A DNA stretch of 16,247 nucleotides from Promethearchaeota archaeon (GTDB lineage Archaea > Asgardarchaeota > Lokiarchaeia > Sigyniarchaeales > SOKP01): NCBI GenBank assembly GCA_048938025.1, contig JBHLMP010000028.1, positions 34,300-50,546 of the forward strand, read 5' to 3'. Both the position numbers and the translations under genes were made by a program. Shown piece after piece: positions 7,942 through 15,997 of this stretch; the stretch's first letter is position 1; each line of letters opens with the position of its first letter. The notes under the pieces were generated by a model. It was given only the letters and a program-made list of their open reading frames with translations. It did no database searches and had not been told where the DNA came from.

Positions 7942-9074
7942 CTTATTTCTTCTAAAATATTTCTTAATTGAGGTTCTGTCAATAATCTAGGATTTTTTTT
8001 AACTCGTTCAGGATTAAAACCATTTTTTATAATTATTTCAATATCTTCTTGGGATTTTATCCCTAAATCTTGTAACTTTATTTCTAATCCAATATCTATC
8101 ATTAAATCTTTGATTTTTTCTTTTGCTTCAATAAAACTAGAAACACCTATTATGGAGATCAATTCACTCATAGTTTTCTTTACATATTCAACTCCACGTG
8201 TATCCAATACATCCTTTTCATTGACTTCTGAATTAAAGACAATCATAGAGGGTAGGGTTAAAGCTACAGCATGACCATGGGGTATATTAAAATATGAGGT
8301 AATAGGATATGAAATAGCATGACAAGCTGTTGTCTTTGTGATATTTATTGCTTTTCCCGCGTAATTAGCAGCAAGTGCCATGTTATATCTAGATTCTTCA
8401 TTAGGATTATTAACTGCCTTTAATAAATTATTAATAATCAATTCTATTGCTTTTTTAGCGAATCTTTTTGATACATCTGTAGAATTGATATTCCAATAAG
8501 ATTCTATTCCCTGACTTAATGCATCCATTCCTGTGTAAGCAGTAACTCTTTTTGGAAGAGTATATGTTAATTCAGGATCAACAATTACATAATTAGCATA
8601 TAAATAATTAGGATCTGCTAAAGAGTATTTTGTTTTATCAATAAAAACTACGGCAAAATGAGTTGCTTCACTACCCGTTCCTGTTGTAGTTGGTATTAAT
8701 ATTAATGGAGTACCTTTTCTATTAATTTTTAATTTTTTTAAAATATAGTCTTCAATTTTTCCTTTATTAGTAGAGAAAATTGACACACTTTTTCCAATAT
8801 CTAAAACAGATCCCCCTCCCATAGCTATAATTAAATCATAATTCCCTTTCCTAAACAAATTTAATGCCTTTTTAATACCTTCGATTGTGGGAGTAGGTTC
8901 AATATCATTAAAATGAAAAAATTTACATTCTTTTTCAATTATGTATTTAACTTTATCAATATTACCCTGTTCCAATGGTGAATTACCTGTAATATAAAAG
9001 ACGTTTTTAAGGTGATTTTCTATTAAAATTGTTCGGAGATTTTTAACAGAACCCTTTCCAATAAATTCATTCAT
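7938..9074 (-). CDS. Iron-containing (group III) alcohol dehydrogenase, probable phosphonoacetaldehyde reductase (PhpC/FomC/Pdh-like)
   Basis: Motifs: GGGSVLDIGK, IPTTTGTGSEATHFAV, DALSQGIESYW, TTACHAISYP and HGHAVA. It lies between pepM and ppd. Confidence 0.88.
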   Translation of the reverse strand: MNEFIGKGSVKNLRTILIENHLKNVFYITGNSPLEQGNIDKVKYIIEKECKFFHFNDIEPTPTIEGIKKALNLFRKGNYDLIIAMGGGSVLDIGKSVSIFSTNKGKIEDYILKKLKINRKGTPLILIPTTTGTGSEATHFAVVFIDKTKYSLADPNYLYANYVIVDPELTYTLPKRVTAYTGMDALSQGIESYWNINSTDVSKRFAKKAIELIINNLLKAVNNPNEESRYNMALAANYAGKAINITKTTACHAISYPITSYFNIPHGHAVALTLPSMIVFNSEVNEKDVLDTRGVEYVKKTMSELISIIGVSSFIEAKEKIKDLMIDIGLEIKLQDLGIKSQEDIEIIIKNGFNPERVKKNPRLLTEPQLRNILEEIR

Positions 9075-9102
9075 ATTCCTAATCCACTTTCTAAGAAAAA
9101 TA

Positions 9103-10812
9103 TCATATTAATTTTTCAGCAATTTCAACATCTTTTTTATTATGAATCTCAAACCATCCTTTATGAACTTCTAAAATATCTACTCTAAAGCCCCTATCTA
9201 TTACTTCTTGTATAAGATCTGTAAATGATGCTTTCTCAATTGAATTTGCTTCATGAAAAAACCCCTTATGATTCAACTTACAATCATTATATATACTTCG
9301 AATGATATTAACTCCTGTTTCAGAGAAGTATGCTATACCAGTAAACTCAAAATCCGCCATGTCTTTATTAATTGTTTTCCCTATTCGTATAATCTCGTTC
9401 TTTATTTGATATAAATCTCTCGTTTGTTCACTAGGCTGATTTTTTGTTAAAACAAGGTCAAGAATTTTATCAATTTCATGTTTATGATAAGTATAAGAAT
9501 TATCTAATACTAAAATAATATCTCCCCTTGCATTGAGAAGATTTTTTATTATTTGTTCATTAAACAATATATCAGAGCATATAAAAATAAATCCACCCTC
9601 CATATCTTCTTCAGCTTTAAACAGAGAATGTAGAATATAATATTGATCATACTCATCATTATCAATGTATTTTACTCCTTCGATATCAAATACATTCTTA
9701 TTAAATCCTCTAATAACTATTATATTATTAATACCGCAATTCTTTAATGTTTCTATTTGTCTTTGGAGAACTGGTTTACCTTTTAAAGATATCATTCCCT
9801 TTGGAATATTAAACTCAGGATTTCTACCCGCGGCTGGAATAATGACTTTTGTAGGTCCTTTAATATATATCATATCTTTTTCCTTAACATCTAAAAAACC
9901 TACATCCTTAAAAACTGTTTTAACAGGACTACACATTGATTCAGCCTCAAAAGCTCTTTTATTCCTTAATATAATCGAAGCTGTTTCCTTCATAGCTTTA
10001 TGAGCTGCACGTAAAAGATGGTTAGCATATATAACGATGTTAAAACCATGCTCCTTTAATTCGTTCTCTGTAATTGTATTATAGGTAGTAGGGATACAAA
10101 CTAGAGGTTTTCTAAAACCTAACTCTTTTGTTAATTTCTCATATTCTTTAGCAAATTCCAAAATTTCTCTAGGATCACTTTGCTTCGAATGAATCATTAT
10201 TCCATCTGCACCTGCTAGTGAATACTTCTTAGCCCTATAAATAGCATCTTCTAATCCTGAACCAGCTATCAAACTTTCAATTCGAGCAACAATCATAAAA
10301 TCATCAGAAATTTGAATGCCTTTACCCCTTTTAATTTTTGTAGCAAAAATATCTGGGTCTTCTTGATCTTGGATAGTACCGCCTTCTAAACTATTTCTCT
10401 TCGGAAATTTTTTATCCTCAATAATTACCATTGATACACCCATATCTTCTAATGTACGAACAAAGTATTCGAAATTTGCTGCTTCACCTCCAGTATCTCC
10501 ATCAATAATTATAGGTTTATTAGAACCATTTAATATTTGTCGAAGAGTCTCATATCTAGATTCAACACCTAAAACTTCAATATCGGGATATCCTTTAGCA
10601 GCACTATCTGTAAAACTGCTGGCCCAAAAACCGTCAAATTCAAGGATTTCATCTTGGCTTGTTTCTTTTATATTATTAGCTATAATAGCACTAAGACCAT
10701 TGTGGGCTTCTATGATTCTTACTAAATCTTTATTCTGAAGTAGATCTTTAAGCAATCTTCTCCTTTCATCGGGCAAGATCCTGCTTTTTAGTTTCAATTC
10801 CATTATACTCAC
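9103..10812 (-). CDS. pepM: Phosphoenolpyruvate mutase fused to a C-terminal cytidylyltransferase-like (PntC/LicC) domain
   Basis: The PepM-specific loop EDKKFPKRNS (EDKxxxxxNS) is at 10390-10419, with EAHNGLSA, DGDTGG, ARIESLI and IYANHLLRA. The second domain starts at KVIIPAAG (about 9850). The start is GTG 10812 or ATG 10803. Confidence 0.96.
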   Translation of the reverse strand: MSIMELKLKSRILPDERRRLLKDLLQNKDLVRIIEAHNGLSAIIANNIKETSQDEILEFDGFWASSFTDSAAKGYPDIEVLGVESRYETLRQILNGSNKPIIIDGDTGGEAANFEYFVRTLEDMGVSMVIIEDKKFPKRNSLEGGTIQDQEDPDIFATKIKRGKGIQISDDFMIVARIESLIAGSGLEDAIYRAKKYSLAGADGIMIHSKQSDPREILEFAKEYEKLTKELGFRKPLVCIPTTYNTITENELKEHGFNIVIYANHLLRAAHKAMKETASIILRNKRAFEAESMCSPVKTVFKDVGFLDVKEKDMIYIKGPTKVIIPAAGRNPEFNIPKGMISLKGKPVLQRQIETLKNCGINNIIVIRGFNKNVFDIEGVKYIDNDEYDQYYILHSLFKAEEDMEGGFIFICSDILFNEQIIKNLLNARGDIILVLDNSYTYHKHEIDKILDLVLTKNQPSEQTRDLYQIKNEIIRIGKTINKDMADFEFTGIAYFSETGVNIIRSIYNDCKLNHKGFFHEANSIEKASFTDLIQEVIDRGFRVDILEVHKGWFEIHNKKDVEIAEKLI

Positions 10813-10972
10813 TTTAATTTCTCATAAATTTAGAGTAATGACTTATTTAAAAATAATTAAGTATATTAAATTTCCAATCTATTGATATAAAAATTTAATT
10901 TAAGATAAGTATTTAAAGAAACTATGATTAATTAGCTTTTTCTTTTAAGTATTACATAAGTTATCAGAAATT

Positions 10973-10983
10973 AAAAAAAAAAA
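10973..10983 (-). terminator. Oligo-T (T11) archaeal-type terminator after the MFS gene
   Basis: A run of 11 A on the + strand gives T11 on the coding strand, 3 nt after the MFS TAA stop. Confidence 0.55.
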
Positions 10984-10986
10984 GTT

Positions 10987-12297
10987 TTAAAGGTACTCTC
11001 TTCTTTTTGGCATGCTTTTCCAATCAAATAATAGGACTATTCCACCTACTAAAGCAACGATTATCCAAAGCGTAAAAGCGGCTCCAGAACCAGCAGCATC
11101 AATAAGAGCGCCTGATGTAAAAGTTGTAATAGCAGCTCCAATATATCCAACTCCATCAATAAATCCACAAGCAGCAGAAGATGCTTTTCTTGTACCAAAT
11201 TCCATGGGAATTGTAGAAACTAGAAGTGCGTGAGGTCCAAAATTTAAAAAGCCTATTAATATCAAGACAGGAATTCCAAAAACCATATCAAGTGGTGGTA
11301 ACAATGTATATAAAAATAAAGTAAATGCCAAACCAATAAAAAGAGCGCAAACTACAGGCATTCTTCTTTTTTTAAGATATTTGTCTGAAACCCATGCAGC
11401 GATAATAACGCCAATTGTACCCCCTATAGGGTAAAAAATGGATTTCCATGTGCCAAAGTATTCGGCACCCGTTATTTCAGGACTTAATAAATATGGGAGC
11501 CAGTCAGTTAATCCATATCTAACTATATTTAAACAAAATAACCCAAATGCTGCAAAGAGAACAGTTTTAGTCTTAATCACTGTGTTAAGAGTATACTTAA
11601 AACCCACGAATTCATCAGGACGGCATTCTCCCATTACTATTTTACCATCACATTCTTCTTCTAAAGTTGGTAAACCAACCTCTTCAGGAGCATTTCTACT
11701 ACGGGTATAAAAATGAATTGCCATGAAAACCATGATAATCCCTGGAATAATAAAAGAAAAACGCCAGTTCAGACTGAATGTGTCAGTAATAAGTATTGCA
11801 ATAATCCATGATATGACTCCTCCAAGTAGATATGAAGTGGCAAGTCTACTAGACCATTTCCCTCTTTCATCTGGAGGATGCCAATTCGCAATGGTTTTTA
11901 CGGAAGGCGCCCATCCCATTGCTTGGAAATAACCATTCAAGCCCCAAAAAAGAAATGCTACCCAAATAAAATCAAATGCAACTCCCATTAATAAATTTAA
12001 AGCTGAAGACACAATTAAGCCGAGAGTAATAAAACGTCTGGCACCAACTTTATCACCCAAAAAACCATTAAAAAATTGTCCAAATGCATAAGCAAGAAGA
12101 AAAGTCGAACTTACTAGTCCCATTAAAGTAGCGGAATATGCACCAAATTCATCCATGATGAAGGGTTTTGCTATTGCGTAATTATTACGTCCTATATAAT
12201 AGATTATATATGTAATCCAAACAGTGAAAAATATTCGCCTTCGCCAGGATTTGAATTGTTTTTTAACTTCATTTTCATTAGTAATTGCTTGACTCAT
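10987..12297 (-). CDS. MFS transporter, organophosphate:Pi antiporter (OPA; GlpT/UhpT/PgtP/SLC37-like) family
   Basis: 12-TM MFS pattern. Motifs: YYIGRNNY (GlpT YYLVRKNF-like), GFLGDKVGARR (motif A), NGYFQAMGWAP, W.PPDERG, RNAPEEVGLP, VRYGLTDWLP (GlpT LRYGILDWSP-like) and AACGFIDGVGYIG. Confidence 0.9.
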   Translation of the reverse strand: MSQAITNENEVKKQFKSWRRRIFFTVWITYIIYYIGRNNYAIAKPFIMDEFGAYSATLMGLVSSTFLLAYAFGQFFNGFLGDKVGARRFITLGLIVSSALNLLMGVAFDFIWVAFLFWGLNGYFQAMGWAPSVKTIANWHPPDERGKWSSRLATSYLLGGVISWIIAILITDTFSLNWRFSFIIPGIIMVFMAIHFYTRSRNAPEEVGLPTLEEECDGKIVMGECRPDEFVGFKYTLNTVIKTKTVLFAAFGLFCLNIVRYGLTDWLPYLLSPEITGAEYFGTWKSIFYPIGGTIGVIIAAWVSDKYLKKRRMPVVCALFIGLAFTLFLYTLLPPLDMVFGIPVLILIGFLNFGPHALLVSTIPMEFGTRKASSAACGFIDGVGYIGAAITTFTSGALIDAAGSGAAFTLWIIVALVGGIVLLFDWKSMPKRREYL

Positions 12298-12327
12298 ATC
12301 TTTTTATCCCTTTTTTAATTATATATT

Positions 12328-13101
12328 TTATATTTTACCTTCTTTAATTAATTGTTTAGCAAATTCATAATCTTGGTCTGTGTCCAATTCAACCCAACTT
12401 CCTTCTATATCTACTGAATACATAGGATATCCTCTAAAAATGAGTTCTTCAAACATATCTGTTAAGTATGCTTTTTCAAAGGTTGTAGCATCGTGAAAAC
12501 GTCCTGCAAACTTGCAAGTTTTATTGTACTTTGCACGATTGTAATTACGAGTTAGAATTTCAGCACCTTTTTTAGAAATTTTACCAAGACCTATGAATTC
12601 TCCATAAGCGATATCAGGATTGAAAAATTTAGAAAGGTGAATTACCTTACCATCTTCCACAAGAACTAATTCTGCTTCATCTGTAGGATGTTTTGTGCGC
12701 CCCTCGTATCGGTCTCTCCAAGCTGTATCTACTACAAGGCTAAAATCATGTTGAGAATCTAGTAGTTTCTGAACAACTTCTTTACTAAAAAGAATGTCTG
12801 AATATGTGAATACAAATTCATCATCCATCTCTGGTTCAGCATAAAATAGCGATTCTAGAATATTATTGTTATAAAAATCATCATTATCATAATATCTAAA
12901 ATTAGGAAAGTCAATTGTTTCTTTCTGATAACCTCGAATAATAACTATATCATTAATACCACAGCTATAAAATGTCTCTAAAGTTCGATCAAGTATCGTT
13001 TTTCCTTCAATTTCTAATAGGCATTTAGGTTTATATTCTGTGAATGGCCGTAATCTAGTACTGGGTCCAGCAGCTATAATTATAGCTTTCATATTTTCCA
13101 C
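12328..13101 (-). CDS. LicC/PntC-like NTP transferase (phosphocholine/phosphonate cytidylyltransferase family)
   Basis: Motifs: KAIIIAAGPSTRLRPFTEYKPKCLL, NNILESL, YSDILF, GEFIGL, AYLTDMFEELI and WVELDTDQD. The start is GTG 13101 or ATG 13092. Confidence 0.9.
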   Translation of the reverse strand: MENMKAIIIAAGPSTRLRPFTEYKPKCLLEIEGKTILDRTLETFYSCGINDIVIIRGYQKETIDFPNFRYYDNDDFYNNNILESLFYAEPEMDDEFVFTYSDILFSKEVVQKLLDSQHDFSLVVDTAWRDRYEGRTKHPTDEAELVLVEDGKVIHLSKFFNPDIAYGEFIGLGKISKKGAEILTRNYNRAKYNKTCKFAGRFHDATTFEKAYLTDMFEELIFRGYPMYSVDIEGSWVELDTDQDYEFAKQLIKEGKI

Positions 13102-13293
13102 ATTTTTTAATATACTTTATAACTATTTTTTATTTATTCAGTAAGTAGATTTTTATGAAAATTATATATTTTTTATATTTGTTTCGGATTGGTATATAGT
13201 TTATATATTACAAAAAAGTTGATTGATATTCGATCGAAAATAATATTAAATAAGTATAGAATAGTGCTAAACCAGAAGAAAAGTTATAAAAGA

Positions 13294-14799
13294 TTAATTG
13301 TAATATTTTCTAACATATTTATTAAAGTATAGGGGAAAATACAAAATCCAAACAACTATTTCTTTCCATCTTTGAAATAACTGATTCCTGCGTGCTATAA
13401 TTGATCTCATTACGAATTTTAAATAACCAGTTTTGTTAAGTTGATTAGATAATTCGTTTAATTGGGTATCTAGGATTGTAAATTTTTTTGAATAACGTTG
13501 ATACTTTTTATATAATTTCTTTAAACCATATCCAGTTAATCTATTATAAATAAGAACAGTTGTAATATCTTTATTTTTTGATAATACTGAATTAGAAACA
13601 TCAGATAATTCTACTATTTTATTCTTTCTTTGTAGGTTCTCTTTAAGAAATTTTATTAATTGAGAGGGAAATTGTTTAGGAATTAAAATTGTTTCAGATT
13701 CTATTGAAGGTAAAATGCTCTTGCTATAAAGAGTATTTAAAGTGCTTTTAATGATTTCATAAGCTTTTAGTTCTGTTTTTAAATAAAAATGATATAACTC
13801 ATTATAAATTTCAGGATAATTTTCTTTAATATCTTTTTTTTCAAGGGGGTCCTTATTTAGGTTAAATAATGAAAATTTTCCATTATCATTACGCAATTTC
13901 CAATTGTTTTTTGTAATCATGGTTTTTTTAATTGATTGAAACATTAAATAACAATCTCCTCGAATAATTCGGTTTTTGTTAACATTAATATCTTTTTCTA
14001 TCAACTCTTTAAAAGAAATTGATTCTCTGTCATGATTAGCTTTGAGATTTAGATAATCAAGTATAGTATCAATGATATCAAGTAAATAAACACGGCTTTT
14101 AATCGTTTTTGGAGGAGAATCAGTTAATGAACTTGGTAATTTTATAAATAAAGCAGGTTGCATAGAGGATTGGTGAATATCATCAAAATGTAATAACTTA
14201 GTTTTTTTATATAAATTCTTATCATAATATCCATGATCAGAATTAAGAATGAAAATTGCATTATCCCAAAATCCATTTTCCTTTAAATAATCAATAATCT
14301 TATTAACATAAAAATCAACTTGAGTATCACTCGGTCTAAAGAATACGAAAAAGAAGTTATTCTCATTAGAGGGGGATTCTTTGATTGTTTCCATGAAAAT
14401 ATGATAAATTTCATCGGCATCTAACCAATGATCACCCTGATATAACTCTTTAATATAAACTGGGTTAAGAATTTCCTTTACAATTTCTACCTGTTCCCTC
14501 CCAAAAATAATTGATTGTATATTATAATTCTCTTTTTTTAAAGGGAAAATACAATTTTCATATTCTAGACTGGGAATATTTTCAATTGAGCGATAATAAT
14601 CAGGAAATATATAATATGGGAATCTGCCAGTTAAAAATGATAGAAGAGATAAATTAGTTGATGGGAATTGAGAAAGGGCATCTTCAAAATAAAAACCTTC
14701 CTTGTTTTTTTTTAATTTTTTATATATTGGAAGTAGCCCATGTAGATCAGATCTTTCATAATTACAAATTGAATCAGTCACTATCCAAAAAATATCCAT
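13294..14799 (-). CDS. Alkaline phosphatase/sulfatase-superfamily protein with a Thr at the nucleophile position and an unknown C-terminal domain
   Basis: Motifs: metal-ligand IVTDS (D9), FPSTNLSLLSFLTGRFP (T48, no CxPxR), ILNSDHG, and a sulfatase-like C-terminus (LLDIIDTILDYL; LFNLNKDPLEKKDI). An SD-like AGGTG lies just upstream of the ATG. No signal peptide is visible. Confidence 0.8.
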   Translation of the reverse strand: MDIFWIVTDSICNYERSDLHGLLPIYKKLKKNKEGFYFEDALSQFPSTNLSLLSFLTGRFPYYIFPDYYRSIENIPSLEYENCIFPLKKENYNIQSIIFGREQVEIVKEILNPVYIKELYQGDHWLDADEIYHIFMETIKESPSNENNFFFVFFRPSDTQVDFYVNKIIDYLKENGFWDNAIFILNSDHGYYDKNLYKKTKLLHFDDIHQSSMQPALFIKLPSSLTDSPPKTIKSRVYLLDIIDTILDYLNLKANHDRESISFKELIEKDINVNKNRIIRGDCYLMFQSIKKTMITKNNWKLRNDNGKFSLFNLNKDPLEKKDIKENYPEIYNELYHFYLKTELKAYEIIKSTLNTLYSKSILPSIESETILIPKQFPSQLIKFLKENLQRKNKIVELSDVSNSVLSKNKDITTVLIYNRLTGYGLKKLYKKYQRYSKKFTILDTQLNELSNQLNKTGYLKFVMRSIIARRNQLFQRWKEIVVWILYFPLYFNKYVRKYYN

Positions 14800-14846
14800 C
14801 TTAGCACCTTGATATAGTAGAATAGAATATTTGTATTTCTATTTTT

Positions 14847-15959
14847 TTAATTTTCTAAACTCTTTTCATACGTCTCTAAAACAGTTTTTGCACTTTCTTT
14901 CCAAGAATATAATTTTACTCTTTCTAAACCTTTAGCTATTAAATTTTTCCTTAAATTTTCATCTTCCAAAACTTTTATTAATTTGTTTGCCAATTCAACG
15001 GGATCTTTATTATTATCTAATATTAAAGCCGCATTGCCAACTATCTCCGGAATGGCAAATGCATCAGATGTTATGACAGGACATCCACATGCCATTGCTT
15101 CAAGATTAGGGATACCAAAACCTTCGAAAAGTGAAGGAAATACAAATATTTCTGCTAAATTTAGAAGTTTAACGACATCTTCTCTTGGAATAAAGCCGGT
15201 AAAAATAATATTATTTTCAATTTTATTTTTTTTAATGGATTCTAGTATTTCCTTATTTTGCCAACCATTACCCCCTATTACAAGTTTAATGTCTTTTTTA
15301 TGTTCTGTCAAAATTTTGAAAGCATTAAGAATTGTCCATGGGTTTTTTCTTTCAGAAAATCTACTTAAATGGAAAATATACGGACCTTCAATTCCATATC
15401 TTTTTTTTATTTCAAATGGTTTCTGTTTGTATAATTTAAAATCATCGTCTGCCGAATTATAGGTTATAACAATTTTACTTTCATCATATCCATAATTTTT
15501 AATAATTAGATTTTTTGAAGTATTGGAAACTGTAAAAATATAATCCATTTTTTTAACATAAAAAGGCCTAATATATTTTGTACGAAATAATTTAACTTTC
15601 CCATAAATATGTCGTAGAAGTATTTGGGAGCCTCCTCCTCCATGAATCGTGGCAACTTTTTTTGTTTTTCTTAACCAAATGGGTGAAAGAATATTTAATG
15701 GAGAATAATGAATTAGATCAAACTTTTCCCTTTCAAGTTTAAGCGATGCTATAAGGGGATTCCTAGGAATTATTAATTCTTGAGCATTTTTATATAATTC
15801 ATTCTCATTTTTAACATAATGTATAAGATTAATCTCAAATCTATCATTTATCTCTAAAATATGCTGAACTAAATGCTTTAAATGAAAACCACTACCACTC
15901 ATTCCTTGGTCAATTGGCCTTGTTATAATCCCAACTTTAGGTTTCCTATTTCTCTTCAT
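14847..15959 (-). CDS. Glycosyltransferase family 4 (GT-B, retaining)
   Basis: Motifs: SRFSERKN, FTGFIPREDV, FVFPSLFEGFGIPNLEAMACGCPVITS (ExxxxxxxE) and YSWKESAK. Confidence 0.93.
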   Translation of the reverse strand: MKRNRKPKVGIITRPIDQGMSGSGFHLKHLVQHILEINDRFEINLIHYVKNENELYKNAQELIIPRNPLIASLKLEREKFDLIHYSPLNILSPIWLRKTKKVATIHGGGGSQILLRHIYGKVKLFRTKYIRPFYVKKMDYIFTVSNTSKNLIIKNYGYDESKIVITYNSADDDFKLYKQKPFEIKKRYGIEGPYIFHLSRFSERKNPWTILNAFKILTEHKKDIKLVIGGNGWQNKEILESIKKNKIENNIIFTGFIPREDVVKLLNLAEIFVFPSLFEGFGIPNLEAMACGCPVITSDAFAIPEIVGNAALILDNNKDPVELANKLIKVLEDENLRKNLIAKGLERVKLYSWKESAKTVLETYEKSLEN

Positions 15960-15997
15960 TATAATTTTGATATTTTAAATGAATTGGTAAGAATTTA

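Noticed and set aside
6820-10003. Plus-strand ORFs 6820-7023, 7433-7627 and 9665-10003
   Set aside because: They are antisense to the well-supported ppd, NTP transferase and pepM genes and show no independent evidence of coding.
9850-10812. Isocitrate lyase, methylisocitrate lyase or phosphonopyruvate hydrolase instead of PepM
   Set aside because: The EDKxxxxxNS loop and the adjacent ppd and reductase genes indicate a biosynthetic PEP mutase.
11012-11932. Three plus-strand ORFs opposite the MFS gene
   Set aside because: They are antisense shadows favoured by the Gly/Ala-rich, slightly less AT-rich MFS codons.
6066-12297. Phosphonate antibiotic (fosfomycin- or phosphinothricin-like) cluster with an MFS exporter
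   Set aside because: No tailoring, NRPS, radical-SAM or resistance genes are in the window. The context is glycosyltransferases and an epimerase, and the MFS is OPA-type rather than a drug:H+ antiporter.
14983-15462. 159-aa plus-strand ORF
   Set aside because: It is antisense to the conserved GT4 C-terminal domain and has no motifs.
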